Source: Octopus sinensis (taxonomy: Eukaryota). Taken from it: a stretch of DNA of 64,000 nt. Where the stretch lies: contig NC_043018.1 in assembly GCF_006345805.1 (NCBI RefSeq), positions 496,001-560,000 on the forward strand, in the 5' to 3' direction. Under the pieces are notes generated by a model, which saw nothing but the letters and a program-made list of their open reading frames with translations, searched no databases and had not been told where the DNA came from. This document shows, piece after piece, positions 14,301-27,116 of the stretch. Position 1 is the stretch's first letter. Each line of letters starts with the position of its first letter. The position numbers were made by a program, and so were the translations under genes.

Positions 14301-14566
14301 TATTGAGAGAGATAGAGAGGGAGTGGGAGAGAGAGAGCGAGAGAGAAATATATATATGGTTAGATAGATATACAGACATATAAATAGGTAGATAGAAAGA
14401 CTGACAGACAGATAGATGGATGGACAGATAAAAAGATCCTTAGTTAGATAGAGAGAGAGATAGAGAGATAGAGAAATAGAGAGATTAGATTAGATAGATA
14501 GATAGATAGATGGAAAGAGAGACAGAAAGTGTGATATATATATACATATATATCTATATATATATC

Positions 14567-14616
<50 letters not shown>

Positions 14617-14620
14617 GGAA
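14255..14620. repeat. (TA)n/(GA)n/(GATA)n compound microsatellite
   Basis: Read directly from the sequence. Confidence 0.9.
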
Positions 14621-15031
14621 AGATGTATGTTTATGTGATAGAATATCTCATGTCTGCACAAAGGAAACAGAGAGGGAGAGTGAAAGAGAGGTGGGGAGAA
14701 GTCGTGTGGGAAAGACTAATAATTTCTTTCGTCAGTATGTGTATAACTTTCCGTTTGTATTATGTTCAAGCGCAACACACCAATATATTTGTTGATTCTG
14801 GCGTAAAAATCTTATCTTAAATATCCTTATTATTCCATCTGATTTGCTAAACTCAGTACAGAATATTTTAAACATTTGCACATGAAGCAATAATTCTCCA
14901 GATGAAACTACGCAATATTCTTTTGGAAATATTTCTCGAGAATTGTTTGGGAATATCGTTTTACTTGTATATTCTAGGCACAATAAAGAAAACAATAAAA
15001 TATAACACATGACAGACTAGTTATTAATGAA

Positions 15032-15253
15032 GGTGGTGAGCTATCAGAAACGTCAGCACGCCGGGCGAAATGCTTAGCCGTATTTTGTCTGCCGTTACGT
15101 TCTGAGTTCAAATTCCGCCGAGGTAGACTTTGCCTTTCATCCTTTCGGGGTTTATAAATTAAGTGCCAGTTGCGTACTAAGGTCGATCTAATCGATTAGC
15201 CCCCTTCCTCAAAATTTCGGGATTTGTGCTTAGAGTAGAAAAGAAAAAAAAAG
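15032..15253 (+). mobile_element. SINE family A with 17-bp TSD (one mismatch)
   Basis: A-box-like ggtggtgagctatcagaaacg, B-box gagttcaaattcc, body gactttgcctttcatcctttcgggg. gactagttattaatgaa (15015-15031) recurs as gacgagttattaatgaa (15254-15270). Confidence 0.9.
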
Positions 15254-15893
15254 ACGAGTTATTAATGAAAATTACACGAAATAATAGAAGTACTAGCTCT
15301 TGCATTTCTTTACTTTACACTGGAGTACGCATATCACTGGAACATGCTCACTCCTACAGTCTACTATTGAGCATGTTCCACTGATCTTTTTAATTCGTTG
15401 TTCATGGAGTTATAATAAATCTGGTTTCTCGATCTGTCTGCAGGGCCCTTCGATGTGTAAATTCTTTTAGAGTGCTCCGCAAACTATGCTTTTCTAAGAA
15501 ACATATTCTTTGTTTCACATCAACGTATCCATCACCCTCGTTGCACATTTTTCTCGCCACAACCATACTGACCAACTATTTTTCTGTCCTGTCCATGACT
15601 CACCTTTGCTGTCAGATCACTCATGGCAATACCAATTTCATTTGAAGAGATTTGGTTTCATTAATGATCACATACAAGACGTCCATCTTTTCTTTAAACT
15701 GTGGGTGCAAAAGTAACTATGATGCAGATACGAAATGGATGACCGTGAAAGTTAACTAGCAGGATTCTTTTACTTACTGTCCAGCAGCCAATGACATAAT
15801 TTGCCAACTCCGGATCTAACAGTAGTCCTAACCCTTTTTAAATATATTTATGTATACGTTCGTATACGTAAGTATTCGTATGTTGCATGTATG

Positions 15894-15948
<55 letters not shown>

Positions 15949-15976
15949 GTGTGTGTTTATGTTTCTCTCTGCGTAT

Positions 15977-16035
15977 ATTCCACTGATGAGGCAAAGCATT
16001 TCTAAATGCAAAGCCAGAATTCCGGGATCTGGAAT
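15977..16035 (+). ncRNA. Decayed type I hammerhead-like motif
   Basis: attcca CTGATGA ggc...gcc a GAAT tccggg ATC tggaat. Stem I attcca/tggaat is a perfect 6 bp and stem II ggc/gcc has an inner gcatt/aatgc stem, but GAAA is altered. The element lies between (TG)n and (TA)n tracts. Confidence 0.5.
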
Positions 16036-16178
16036 TATCCAGTCATTTTTTACTAGTTCTATTTTGTCTTTTCGTCTTCTCTCCTTGTGCTATATGAACA
16101 TTTAATGTGGTTTTAGAGTCAGATCCTGGCTGTTAATTGCAGCATGGCGGCATCTCGTAGATACCCTAAATTATAATA

Positions 16179-16221
<43 letters not shown>

Positions 16222-16428
16222 GTTCACAGAAAAGAAAAAGAGAAACAGAAAGAGAGGGAAAGACAGAAAGATGCAAGCAGATTGATAGATGTAAGTGTGT
16301 GTGTGTTGTGTATATGTGCGTGTGTGTGTGTCGCGTGTGTATTCCAAGAAGAGTATTTTTTTCTCACAGCATGTTATGAGAGTAATATTTAATTTCTCTA
16401 TTCTATCTTTCTATCTTGCTTTATATAT

Positions 16429-16479
<51 letters not shown>

Positions 16480-16488
16480 TATATATAT

Positions 16489-16850
16489 CTGTGGTAAGTA
16501 GCTTGCTAACCAACCACATGGTTCCGGGTTCAGTCCCACTGCGTGGCATCTTGCGCAAGTGTCTTCTGCTATAGCCCCGGGCCGACCAATGCCTTTCGTA
16601 TATATGTTTATATATATATGTGTGTGTATATGTGTGTGTGTCTGTGTTTGTCCCCCTAGCATTGCTTGACAACCGATGCTGGTGTGTTTACGTCCCCGTC
16701 ACTTAGCGGTTCGGAAGAAGAGACCGATAGAATAAGTACTGGGCTTCCAAAAGAATAAGTCCCGGGGTCGATTTGCTCGACTAAAGGCGGTGCTCCAGCA
16801 TGGCCGCAGTCAACTGACTGAAACAAGTAAAAGAGTAAAGAGTAAAAAGT
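16489..16850 (+). mobile_element. SINE family B with 5' end lost into (TA)n and an internal deletion
   Basis: ctgtggtaagtagcttgct...gggccgaccaatgcct joins directly to the internal microsatellite; the tail is complete. Confidence 0.85.
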
Positions 16851-18239
16851 ATATAAGTCTTAGTTATTTACGTATCACATTCATTTGTTCGTTAACATTC
16901 TCACTTGTTGGTCCCTAATGTTGTTTTATATTTTTAGGTCGATTTGTAAGCGCTGCAGCTTTTCTCCCTTTCTCTTTTTTTTATATCTTTATACCATTTT
17001 CAAATCCACCCTTCATAAATCAGTTTTACAGAATTCTTTTATTAATATATGACTTCTCATTGGCAAATAAAATCGTCCTTCCTTCTCAATTACATTATCG
17101 CATGTTGCATTGCCGTAATATACCAGCTGGTTTGTCGCCTGTCTGGCTTTTGATTATATTATTCCTATCCCATTTTGTAATGTTTCCAATAACTCGTCTT
17201 TATAAAATGTTATTTTGTATCTGCAGTTGCTAAAGACGATTTTATATATTTTGTTTGTAGGCGCGAGATGTTCAGTTTATGACCAATATCTCTAAATTGC
17301 TATTCTCTTCGGTGGTTTATTTCGTTGTATTGTTCCATTGTTATTCTAGAGCTTCATGTGTTATTTCTGGTCAGATACACATAAGGTAAGTATGCTATTC
17401 ATATTGAAAGAAAGAATAATTATATCCAACCATGTACAATAATAAAAAATGCTGTCTGGAACCTAAATCATTGACAATCCAAAATATCCGCCAACATGAC
17501 AATATTCAAGGCAAGATTAGATTTCTACGATGTATTGGTGGAAACAAGTGATCGCAAAGAAAAGCGAGACTACATAAACCACAAACGAAATACGAAGAAC
17601 ATTCATTCGACCATAAAACATATCTTTAACAATTATTATAGCAGAGGCCATAGATGTCGACCGTTTACTTGAAAGGTCGTTCGTTCTCCGCATCGGGTTA
17701 AGTGTAGCAAAGACATACTAATATAAAACACTTTATAACAGTAAATGCACAAGATATTGAGTGGGAACAATGGATAAGTTAGTAATAAAATCACAGAAAT
17801 GCAATGGCATGAACGAACCGCTATGCAAAATACAGCATATATCTAAAAATTCACGTCTTAAAGTCGAAACAAATGTAAATGCAATAGTTTAAAACAACGC
17901 CTACTAAATCACAGGAATAAGGAAGCTAGATTGTTTTTTAAGGGCGACACACCTATCAAGTACCTAGAATTAACTGCACAATTTTTGAAGCCCGGTATAC
18001 ATTACACTTGCATTAGCAGCACATTATTTGTGGAGAATAAAAAGTCTCTATCTTAACGCAAATAGCACTTTGGGCAACAAATGAATAAATATAAACTGGG
18101 CGATAGTGAGAAGTGAAAAATATTGAAATGAATGACATTATATTGTGTCTGTGCTACAATATATCCTAATATAACATACAGTAGCTTCAAAGCTATTCAA
18201 GTATGTGAACCATGCAATGACAAACTGAAAAAAAAAACA

Positions 18240-18812
18240 GTATAACGCTGAAAATGAGGAATAAGTCATTAAGACCTACCGTATACCTATTAGAAGAAGA
18301 ACTTTCCAATAAGTCCCATTGTTCCTGCTGCCTTGATGTCTAGCGCTGAATCTACAAATAAACTTGTTATGTGAAACCGCTATGGGTTACCGATATTTTG
18401 GACGAACTCTAAACCATCTCTTATATAGGAATGACTTAAAATTTGTCACTGAAATTACCAAGGAAGACAAAATCTTTGTGAAAGCTGCCCGTATTTTCAG
18501 CAGGGACAACAGAATATGTATGGGATTGAGAAAATGTGCGTAAGGGACAAGGAAATAAGGAAATTTGACCGCAAACCCCCATACAAATTTCTAGGGCTAG
18601 AGGAAGTAGCTAAAATTCAGGATACAGCAATGAGAGGAGAAATTAGGTTAGCATATTACAGAAATGTTAGAATAATATCAAACACTGAAATCAATGCTAA
18701 ACATAAGGCGACAGCGGTAAATACGTCAGCCATACTCGTTATAAATTACAACTTGAAGATGATAAACTGGAAGGTTAGTGAATTGAGAAACTTAGATAGT
18801 AAAAATAAATAA
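18240..18812 (+). mobile_element. Decayed R4/Dong-clade LINE, RT C-terminal and thumb region
   Basis: PYKFLGLEEVAKIQDTAMRGEIRLAYYRNVRIISNTEINAKHKATAVNTSAILVINYNLKMINWKVSELRNLDSK matches the YKYLG...EY..R.R.I...ELNA.NK..AIN....W...EL..LD.K pattern of R4-clade elements. Upstream frameshifted FSRD...GLRKCA and decayed LSPL/YMDD-like traces are present. The 5' limit is uncertain. Confidence 0.7.
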
Positions 18813-18900
18813 ATAAATGAATAAAAACAACAGAAAACTATTTACAGTTTACCAACGTTACCACTCGAAAGCAAAACACTGACAGAATATATCTTCCCTA

Positions 18901-19075
18901 AGGCTGCGAGCTGGCAGAAACGTTAGCACCTCGGGCGAAATGCTTAGCGGTATTTCGTCTGCCGCTACGTTCTGAGTTCAAATTCCGCTGAGGTCGACTT
19001 TGCCTTTCATCCTTTCGGGGTCGATTAAATAGGTACCAGTTACGCACTGGGGTCGATGTAATATCAACGCTAGTA
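18901..19075 (+). mobile_element. SINE family A, 3' truncated
   Basis: ggctgcgagctggcagaaacgttagcac...gagttcaaattcc...ggggtcgatgtaat. Confidence 0.9.
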
Positions 19076-19559
19076 TAAACGTAAAACACTTTTGTAGGCA
19101 CATATATACACCATAAAATACCACAAATACCACCAATAACAACAACCAGCGCTAGTAACATCAGCATCAAAAGTAGAATGTCAACTGAACTTTCCAACGG
19201 AAGAAGACCACCTTTGACTCCAAAGCTTCAGCACTGTTGTACCAATACCAAAATCAACGGCATGAAGACCTATACATGCAAGAAATCTTGCAATAACCCT
19301 ACCACAGGTGCAACTGTCACGAAGACTAACACCTACACCTCTACACAATTCACACTACTATTATCACTTATATCACTAACAACAATACGAAGACTAACTC
19401 ATACATAAACATCAAGGCCGCTAATGGGACCTCCAACTCGAATATAAAACACGAGTGTCTCCAACAAATTCACCTTAAACCCATCACATACTCATGGCAA
19501 ACCTAAATATCAAAATTTTAAAGCATTATTACCAAAAATCAACAAGTGTTTGTCTCTGT

Positions 19560-19980
<421 letters not shown>

Positions 19981-19999
19981 TCTAGCATATTTTTTCAGT

Positions 20000-20350
20000 A
20001 GACATTGAGTTTAAATTCGACCAACATTTGCCATTCATCCTTTCGGGGTAGATAAGTAGCAACTGAGTACTTGGATCTACATGAGCAACTTCCGTATCAC
20101 CTAAAAAGCTGCTGGTCCTGTGCCACATTTTGAAACCATTTTCCCATAATATCAACAAGTTGGCGTCCTGGCAGAGTCGCGAGTAAGTTGAATAAATTAC
20201 TTGGCTGCATTTCATCGTCCTTACGTTGTGTTCAAACATTACTGGGGTTGGGCTTTGCCTTTAATCCTTTCGGGTTGATAAGTAACAACTGTCTACTGGT
20301 GTCTATGCGATCGACTCACCCCGCCCCTTAAGCTTGCTTGCTTGTGCTAG
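20000..20350 (+). mobile_element. Two adjacent old SINE family A copies
   Basis: Two degenerate ttcatcctttcgggg/gataagtagcaac bodies at about 20030-20070 and 20260-20290. Confidence 0.6.
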
Positions 20351-20902
20351 ACTTAAAAATAATTACTACTAACTATGAAGGCCGCTAACACTAATGCCAA
20401 CATCCACCATTCACTTTTAGCACATTTTATACCTCCAAGCTACCCCTAAAGCCCACCACCAGAAGGAATACCAATGCCAATACTAAAGGGAACATCCACA
20501 CCAAAGGTCGTCTTAGGAATATTGTAGGTCTGCGCGCATATCAATGTATTTAGCTCCATGCTATCGTCTTATTGACAGCAAAGTAAATCATATAAAGATC
20601 ACAATTTGGCCCTTAGAACCGTGGGGCACATGCGCAAATGCCCAGTGTGCGAATGACTTAAGATATCAGTGCCAACACCAACGCGTAGACCAGCGACAGT
20701 AATACGAATACCAGTGACAGAATCAAAATCGATACGGACATCTGCAACACAGGAAACACTACTGCAGACGATAATAACAACATCTACAGCAAATGAAATA
20801 TCGGAATCGTATAAAAGTCGCAAGGAATATCATCACATAAAAAAAAATCTAAATCTAGTAGTGACACCAGCACAATATCACTAATAATATTAACACAGAC
20901 AG

Positions 20903-21100
20903 AAGGCAACGAGCTGGGTAAAATCGTTGGTACGCCGAGCAAACCGCTCTTTATTCTCTCAGTTCAAATCCGCCGGGGTCAACTTTGTCATTCATCATTT
21001 CAGTGTTGATAAATTAGCAACAGTTGTGCACTGACGTCGATGTAATCCATTTACCCCCGATCCCTGATGTTGCTGACCGTGAGCCAAAATTTGAAACACT
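20903..21100 (+). mobile_element. Old SINE family A copy
   Basis: ggcaacgagctgggtaaaatcgttgg...agttcaaatccgccggggtcaactttgtcattcatc. Confidence 0.7.
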
Positions 21101-21511
21101 TAATTAACGGTGACAGCGACAGCGTCATTATTAACCACGACACCGACAACCACTAACGGTAACACAATTAGCACCACAAAGTCCTCTGCTGTCAAAAACA
21201 TTGGTATTGAAACCAACATTAACACCAGCAACAACAATATCAACATGAATCTCAGCGACAACAACAGAAGAAAAAGTGGGACCAAAACCTCTTGTATCAG
21301 CAATACCATCAAAGAACCACCATCACGGACACCAACATCACCAACATCAACCCCAGCACGGTCACAAACACAATCAAACCCGACACCAGCACCAGCACTG
21401 ACACACACACACACACATACAAAGCCCGTTGCAACACAGCACCAATACCATCCCTAGCGTCAACAGCACCACCAGTTTCAAAACATGAATCTCCACCATT
21501 ACCACCAATAT

Positions 21512-21737
21512 CTGTTTCTTTATTACCCACAAGGGGATAAACACAGAGGGAACAAACAAGGAGAAACAAACGGATTAAGTCGATTACATCGACCCAGTGC
21601 GTAACTGGTACTTAATTTATCGACCCCGGAAGGATAAAAGGCAAAGTCGACCTCGGCGGAATTTGAACTCAGAACGTAATGGCAGACGAAATGCGGCTAC
21701 GCATTTCGCCCGGCGTGCTAACGTTTGTGCCACCACC
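21512..21737 (-). mobile_element. SINE family A
   Basis: Reverse complement of the family A pattern, including the tail gtttatccccttgtgggtaataaagaaa. Confidence 0.9.
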
Positions 21738-22090
21738 AATATCACCACTACCAACAACGATGATACCGCCAATAACAAGAATTACACCGCCAACAAGAGC
21801 ACCACCATCACCACTTAAAATAACAACAATACCAACAGCATCATGACCAATACCATCTTTATCAGCACCTTCTGCATCACCACAAGGCTCACCATCAGCA
21901 CACGATCCATACCGCCAAAACCAGGGACAGAATTACCAAGAACAACATTGTAAAAACCATCAAGAGGAATAGCTCCGGCTAGAGGAACTCCCGCACGAGT
22001 ACCAATCACCATGGAAACCGGCGATACCAACAACGCCTGCACCATCAAAACGGCATTAACACACAGGCTCTGAGTCCAACTCCTATATTT

Positions 22091-22330
22091 ATTTCTTTAT
22101 TGTCCACAGGGTGGGGGGATAAACATAGAGGAGATAATCAAGGAGAGACAAAAAGATTAAGTCGATTAGATCGGCTTCAGTGTGTAACTGGTACGTATTT
22201 AAATAATCGACCCCGAAGGGATGAAAAGCAAAGTCGATCGCGGTGGATTTTGAACTCAGAACGTAACGGCTGACGAAATACTTCTAAGCATTTTGCCCGG
22301 CGTTCTAACGCTTCCGCCGGCTCGCCACCT
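22091..22330 (-). mobile_element. SINE family A
   Basis: atcgaccccgaagggatgaaaagcaaagtcga...tttgaactcagaacgtaac on the plus strand. Confidence 0.85.
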
Positions 22331-23611
22331 TATATTAAATCCTCGAACATTGACACCAGGCACACGAACTGACTTGTTACGAACATTAACACCGCAAACG
22401 ACAGCAATAGCAACATCAAAACAAAAACCTTAAGAGCATCACTTCCAACAACAACAACAAAAGCAAGCATCCTCTACATCAATACCAACAAGAATATCAC
22501 GAAGTCTACCAGCAGCAACACTATATACACTAACTCTACTATCATCGACATCAACACATGTTCCCCACCAGCCACACCAGCACGAACAGCACGTGACCAA
22601 CGTCACCAACACACCACCCTACATATCACTAACATCAATGCCGTCACCATCGCAGTAAACTAACTAAAAATCGTGTTATTCTTCCATTAAATACCAGCCA
22701 CCTACTCACAGCTAATGATCGCTCAGTCACCATGTTGTCTACTAAAATGTTTCACTCTGAGAAAATAAATGGAAATACAAAAAATAAATAAATTTCATTC
22801 CTTTAGAACATCAATGGCTAGCTTGTCATTGGAATATCATGAACTTACCAAATAAACCAAACAAGAAAACAGCCTGTCACACAACACTATCACCAAGAGC
22901 TATAACAACAACAACAACAACAATAGCAACAATGCTTTCAAGCCTACACTGCCACCATAACCAGAATCCACACGACCACCGCCAAACAACGAAAATAAAT
23001 GAAATACAATAAAAACGACACATCACCATCGCGGTCGTCGACGTCGTTGATATCATCATCATCATCGTCAAAGACATCATCATCAGCATCGTCTATAAGA
23101 AGAATATAGCGCAAGATTTAAAGATTAATTAAGTGAAAAAAAAAGCAAGAAATATATAAATGAATATATATTCTTCGCAAAAGGAAAGAGAGAGAAAAAA
23201 ATATCACGAACTGAAAATGAAGAAAACCTCAGATAGTTCCAGTAAGAAATTCTATAAAAGAAAAGATAAAAGGAAAAAAAAAATTGTTTACAGCACAACT
23301 TGGAATATTTTCCTTTCCCTTAAACTATGGAAGAAATGAATAGCAATAAAATATTATCGTGAACAAACAAATTAGGCCGTCCATACATTCTCTTCATGGT
23401 AAACACCTTGGAGTTAAAAATATACCTTCCTCAAGCGCTTTTCTTTGCAGTTATTGATGTGTGTTTTGCTTTTTTGTAATCATTCTTCATATTTAACACC
23501 AGGTCGATTATGATCCAGCAGACATTATTATGATCAATAGCATTCCATTCTTGAACATCTCGTCTTTTATTCACAATCAATTCGTGTTCAAGAACATCGT
23601 GCTCTTTGCTT

Positions 23612-23841
23612 GTTTTAAGATATCGATTTCAAATTTTGGCTCAAGGTTAGCATTTTCGAGGAATGCGGTAAGTCGATTACATGTTCCTCAACCTGAATGC
23701 TCAATGGGTATATATTTTATCGATTGCGAAATGATGAAAGGCAAGGTCGATGTCGATGGAATTTGAGCTCAGAACGTAAAGACAGCCGAAAATCCGTTAA
23801 GCATTTTGCCTGGGGTGCTAATGGTTCTGCCAAGTTCGCCG
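23612..23841 (-). mobile_element. Old SINE family A copy
   Basis: gatgaaaggcaaggtcga...atttgagctcagaacgtaaagacag...aagcattttgcctggggtgctaa. Confidence 0.75.
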
Positions 23842-25040
23842 ACTTTCTTATTGCTTACGACATTTGAAGCTATCAACCCAAACCAAAAATTGGAGGCTAA
23901 TTTTAACAAATCGAAACAACTCCCAGATCATTCCTTGTGTGTTCAAGACAGCCTACATGCATGTCCATCTGGCTTGTCAGACTTATGCAAACTACCATCA
24001 ATTTAATCTTATTCTGGAAGTTAATAAATACAAAGATTTACCGAAAATGTTTATAGAAAATAATTGATGTTTATTATTATTGTGATGAAATCCTGACGCC
24101 CCTGTTGGATAGAAAGTGAACTGTCCTAAACCTTACAAAAGCGCATGCGTACTGACAGTGCTAGGTACACTGTGGAGTGTGCAGTCGCATTTGAGAAGCA
24201 GTCGTAGAAGTCGTTGAGAAGGAACAAATTTGTTATGTGTTTGATACTGATTTGGTTTTTGTAGTGGTGTAACAATATTACAGTATATTCTATATCCAAA
24301 GGCAAGGATATAAGAATTATTCAGATGAACTGCATAATCTTCAGTTGATGTTAGACACAAAATGTTACTATAGTGAAAATCTATTTCCTACCCCAACATC
24401 TGGTCAATATAATATTAACATGTAGTAGTTGGAAGAGAAATTCAGTACAGCTTCTAAAATATTCGGATATAAAAGCAAACTAAGCCATCGCCTAGGATCC
24501 GCTATAATTGGAGTTCCGAAAGGACAAAGAGTGTACGTAGGTTATTGAATATCGTAAGGTTTCGAGTATGGAATGATAAGTGCAGCAAAACACTCTCCTA
24601 CCCAACAGATATTTAAACAGTTGAGAGGATGGAATTGTGTGCGTCAAAGTAACTTCTTGTATTTAATTGATTTATTAAATGTCGCAAGTGTCAAATTCTC
24701 CACTCTATGTTTCAAATTAAATAGTGCCTTTTGATAAAATTTCTTATATCCTAAACTTAAAATTTTGCCCGTGTGCGAACGTCAATAGTCACTAGGTTCC
24801 TTAAGGTCTGTGGGATGTAACAGAGGTTAATGTTTAGTGATACACGATATAACGATTTGATTTCTAATTTCAGTTATATCAATGTTGATTGCGTTTGCGG
24901 TGTTTGGTTTTTCCGTGCCGTTAATAAAGTTGCTGAAATATTTGACACACAACTGCTGGCGCGTCAAATGGATTGTATTTATTGAGGAAAGGGGTTCTTA
25001 TTTTCAGTTGACACAAAGTAGGTTAAGGGAGTATATACAT

Positions 25041-26152
25041 TCCCTTTTGCTGTCCTGGTGTTAGTATGCATTCGATCCTTCTTCCAGGAAATCTACGCTT
25101 CCAGCTTAGTTTTTCTAATGCTCGTTGCTTAGTTTTTCTTGGAGGGCTGGCCGTGATCTAGTAATCTCAAGATTAATCAGCCGAAATTACTACGATGATC
25201 CGGTTCTTGACTGAAGACTGAGGGTTTCGAATGTCTTGTCCATGTTTATTGTACCGTCTTCTAAGAGTTATACGTTCTTGTCCATGTTGTATTTTTCTAC
25301 ATACCTTAACATATATTCCAGGCGCCCCGTACCCCCCTTATCATTAATGTGAGCACATATTCTTAATAATTGGTACGACTCTCTGTTTGTCTCTCTCTCT
25401 CTCTCATTTTTACTTGATCTGTCCCCCTCTCTCTCTTTTCTCTCTACTCATCCTCTTTTTCTCTTCTTTCCTCTGATTCTTTGGTCTAGTCTTCCACTAC
25501 CCTCCTATTTCTTTGTCTCGCTCTGCACTCACAGGTCATTCTTCGACACCCATCCCTTCTCCTCTCTGATTCCTTCTTTCTCTCTCTTCTCTCTCTTTGT
25601 TGCGTTTGTCCCTCCTCTCTCTCTCTCTTCCTTTGCTTCTCTTTCTTTTCTTTTCCCTCTTCTCTGTCACGTGACTGTTGGCCGAAATCTGCCTTTCAGC
25701 TCCTGACCCTCGTCGTGTTAACATCGTTGTTTTTCGTCCGCCGCTATAAAGGCTTCTTCCAATGCGCCAGAGAAAAAATTTGTTTGCTTGTTATCAGTCG
25801 TAAGACACTTGTTGTTTTCACCGTTAATGCTTCTGTATTTCATGTTTCTGTATTCCATTATTGTTTTTTGTTTTTTTTATATCTGTCCCTTTTGCTGTCC
25901 TGGTGTTAGTATGCATTCGATCCTTCTTCCAGGAATCTACGCTTCCAGCTTAGTTTTTCTAATGCTCGTTGCTTAGTTTTTCTTGGAGGGCTGGCCGTGA
26001 TCTAGTAATCTCAAGATTAATCAGCCGAAATTACTACGATGATCCGGTTCTTGACTGAAGACTGAGGGTTTCGAATGTCTTGTCCATGTTTATTGTACCG
26101 TCTTCTAAGAGTTATACGTTCTTGTCCATGTTGTATTTTTCTACATACCTTA

Positions 26153-26153
<1 letters not shown>
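25041..26153 (+). mobile_element. Element with near-identical ~268-bp direct terminal repeats (25041-25309 and 25886-26153), abutting (TA)n; Penelope-like pseudo-LTR arrangement
   Basis: By eye the two repeats differ by one indel. The same family (ctcaagattaatcagccgaaatt...gatgatccggttcttgactgaaga) recurs inverted at 51175-51373. Penelope assignment is inference. Confidence 0.6.
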
Positions 26154-26210
<57 letters not shown>

Positions 26211-26333
26211 TATATATATATATGTGTGTGTATATGTACATATATATATATGTATTTATATCTATATATTTATATATTTATGTACGCATTTACGTATGTG
26301 TGTATGTACATACCGCTTACGAATATATGTATG

Positions 26334-26403
<70 letters not shown>

Positions 26404-26691
26404 GATATATATATATATATATAATTTAGAAGATAAGGGCAGAAGAAAAATTCTAATGGCAAATATGCCGAAACAATAAATTGTCGATAACCATTATAAT
26501 TTATGCGTCTCGAAACAAACCGATAGAAATCTCTAAAAAATTCGTTATTACCGTATTGGTCCAATTTCGGGGTTAATTCATAAGAAAATTTTCCCCTCTT
26601 CAGCGGCAAATATGCAAGATATAAGTGAAATACTTACTCATACCCATGGAAAAAGCAAACACCAAGTCCTGAGCAGACTTATATATATGTA

Positions 26692-26722
<31 letters not shown>

Positions 26723-26758
26723 GTTTGTATGTATGTATACATTCACATGGATGTACGA

Positions 26759-26982
26759 CACGAAGGCGTGCTGAAATATTCGTCACTTTGGGTAAAAGAA
26801 AATACAGAAGGATCAGTTAATTATAATTATGTTCAGCATAGTCCAGTCTCAGATTCACACACTTATCGCAGAGGCCCTTCAGTTTCTCTAAGCCCCATAA
26901 AACAACCCTGAAGTTTGGGGCTATAACCAGATTTTACCTGATGCCCTTAAGGCCAGGAACATTTCAGTACCCGCCCCGCGTA
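26759..26982. mobile_element. Mariner-type MITE
   Basis: Imperfect TIRs cacgaaggcgtgctgaaatatt and ggaacatttcagtacccgccccgcgta; shares internal sequence with 4735-4942 and 38129-38353. Confidence 0.65.
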
Positions 26983-26993
26983 TGTATGTATAC

Positions 26994-27116
26994 ACGTCTG
27001 TATGGCTATAGGTGAGGATGGTACGTCTGTATGGCTATAGGTGAGGATGGTACGTCTGTATGGCTATAGGTGAGGATGGTACGTCTGTATGGCTATAGGT
27101 GAGGATGGTACGTCTG
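26994..27116. repeat. Minisatellite: 4 perfect copies of a 29-bp unit plus a partial copy
   Basis: Unit acgtctgtatggctataggtgaggatggt, head-to-tail with no spacers. Confidence 0.95.

Noticed and set aside
26994-27116. CRISPR-like repeat of 29 bp
   Set aside because: The units are contiguous with no spacers, no cas genes are present, and the context is eukaryotic.
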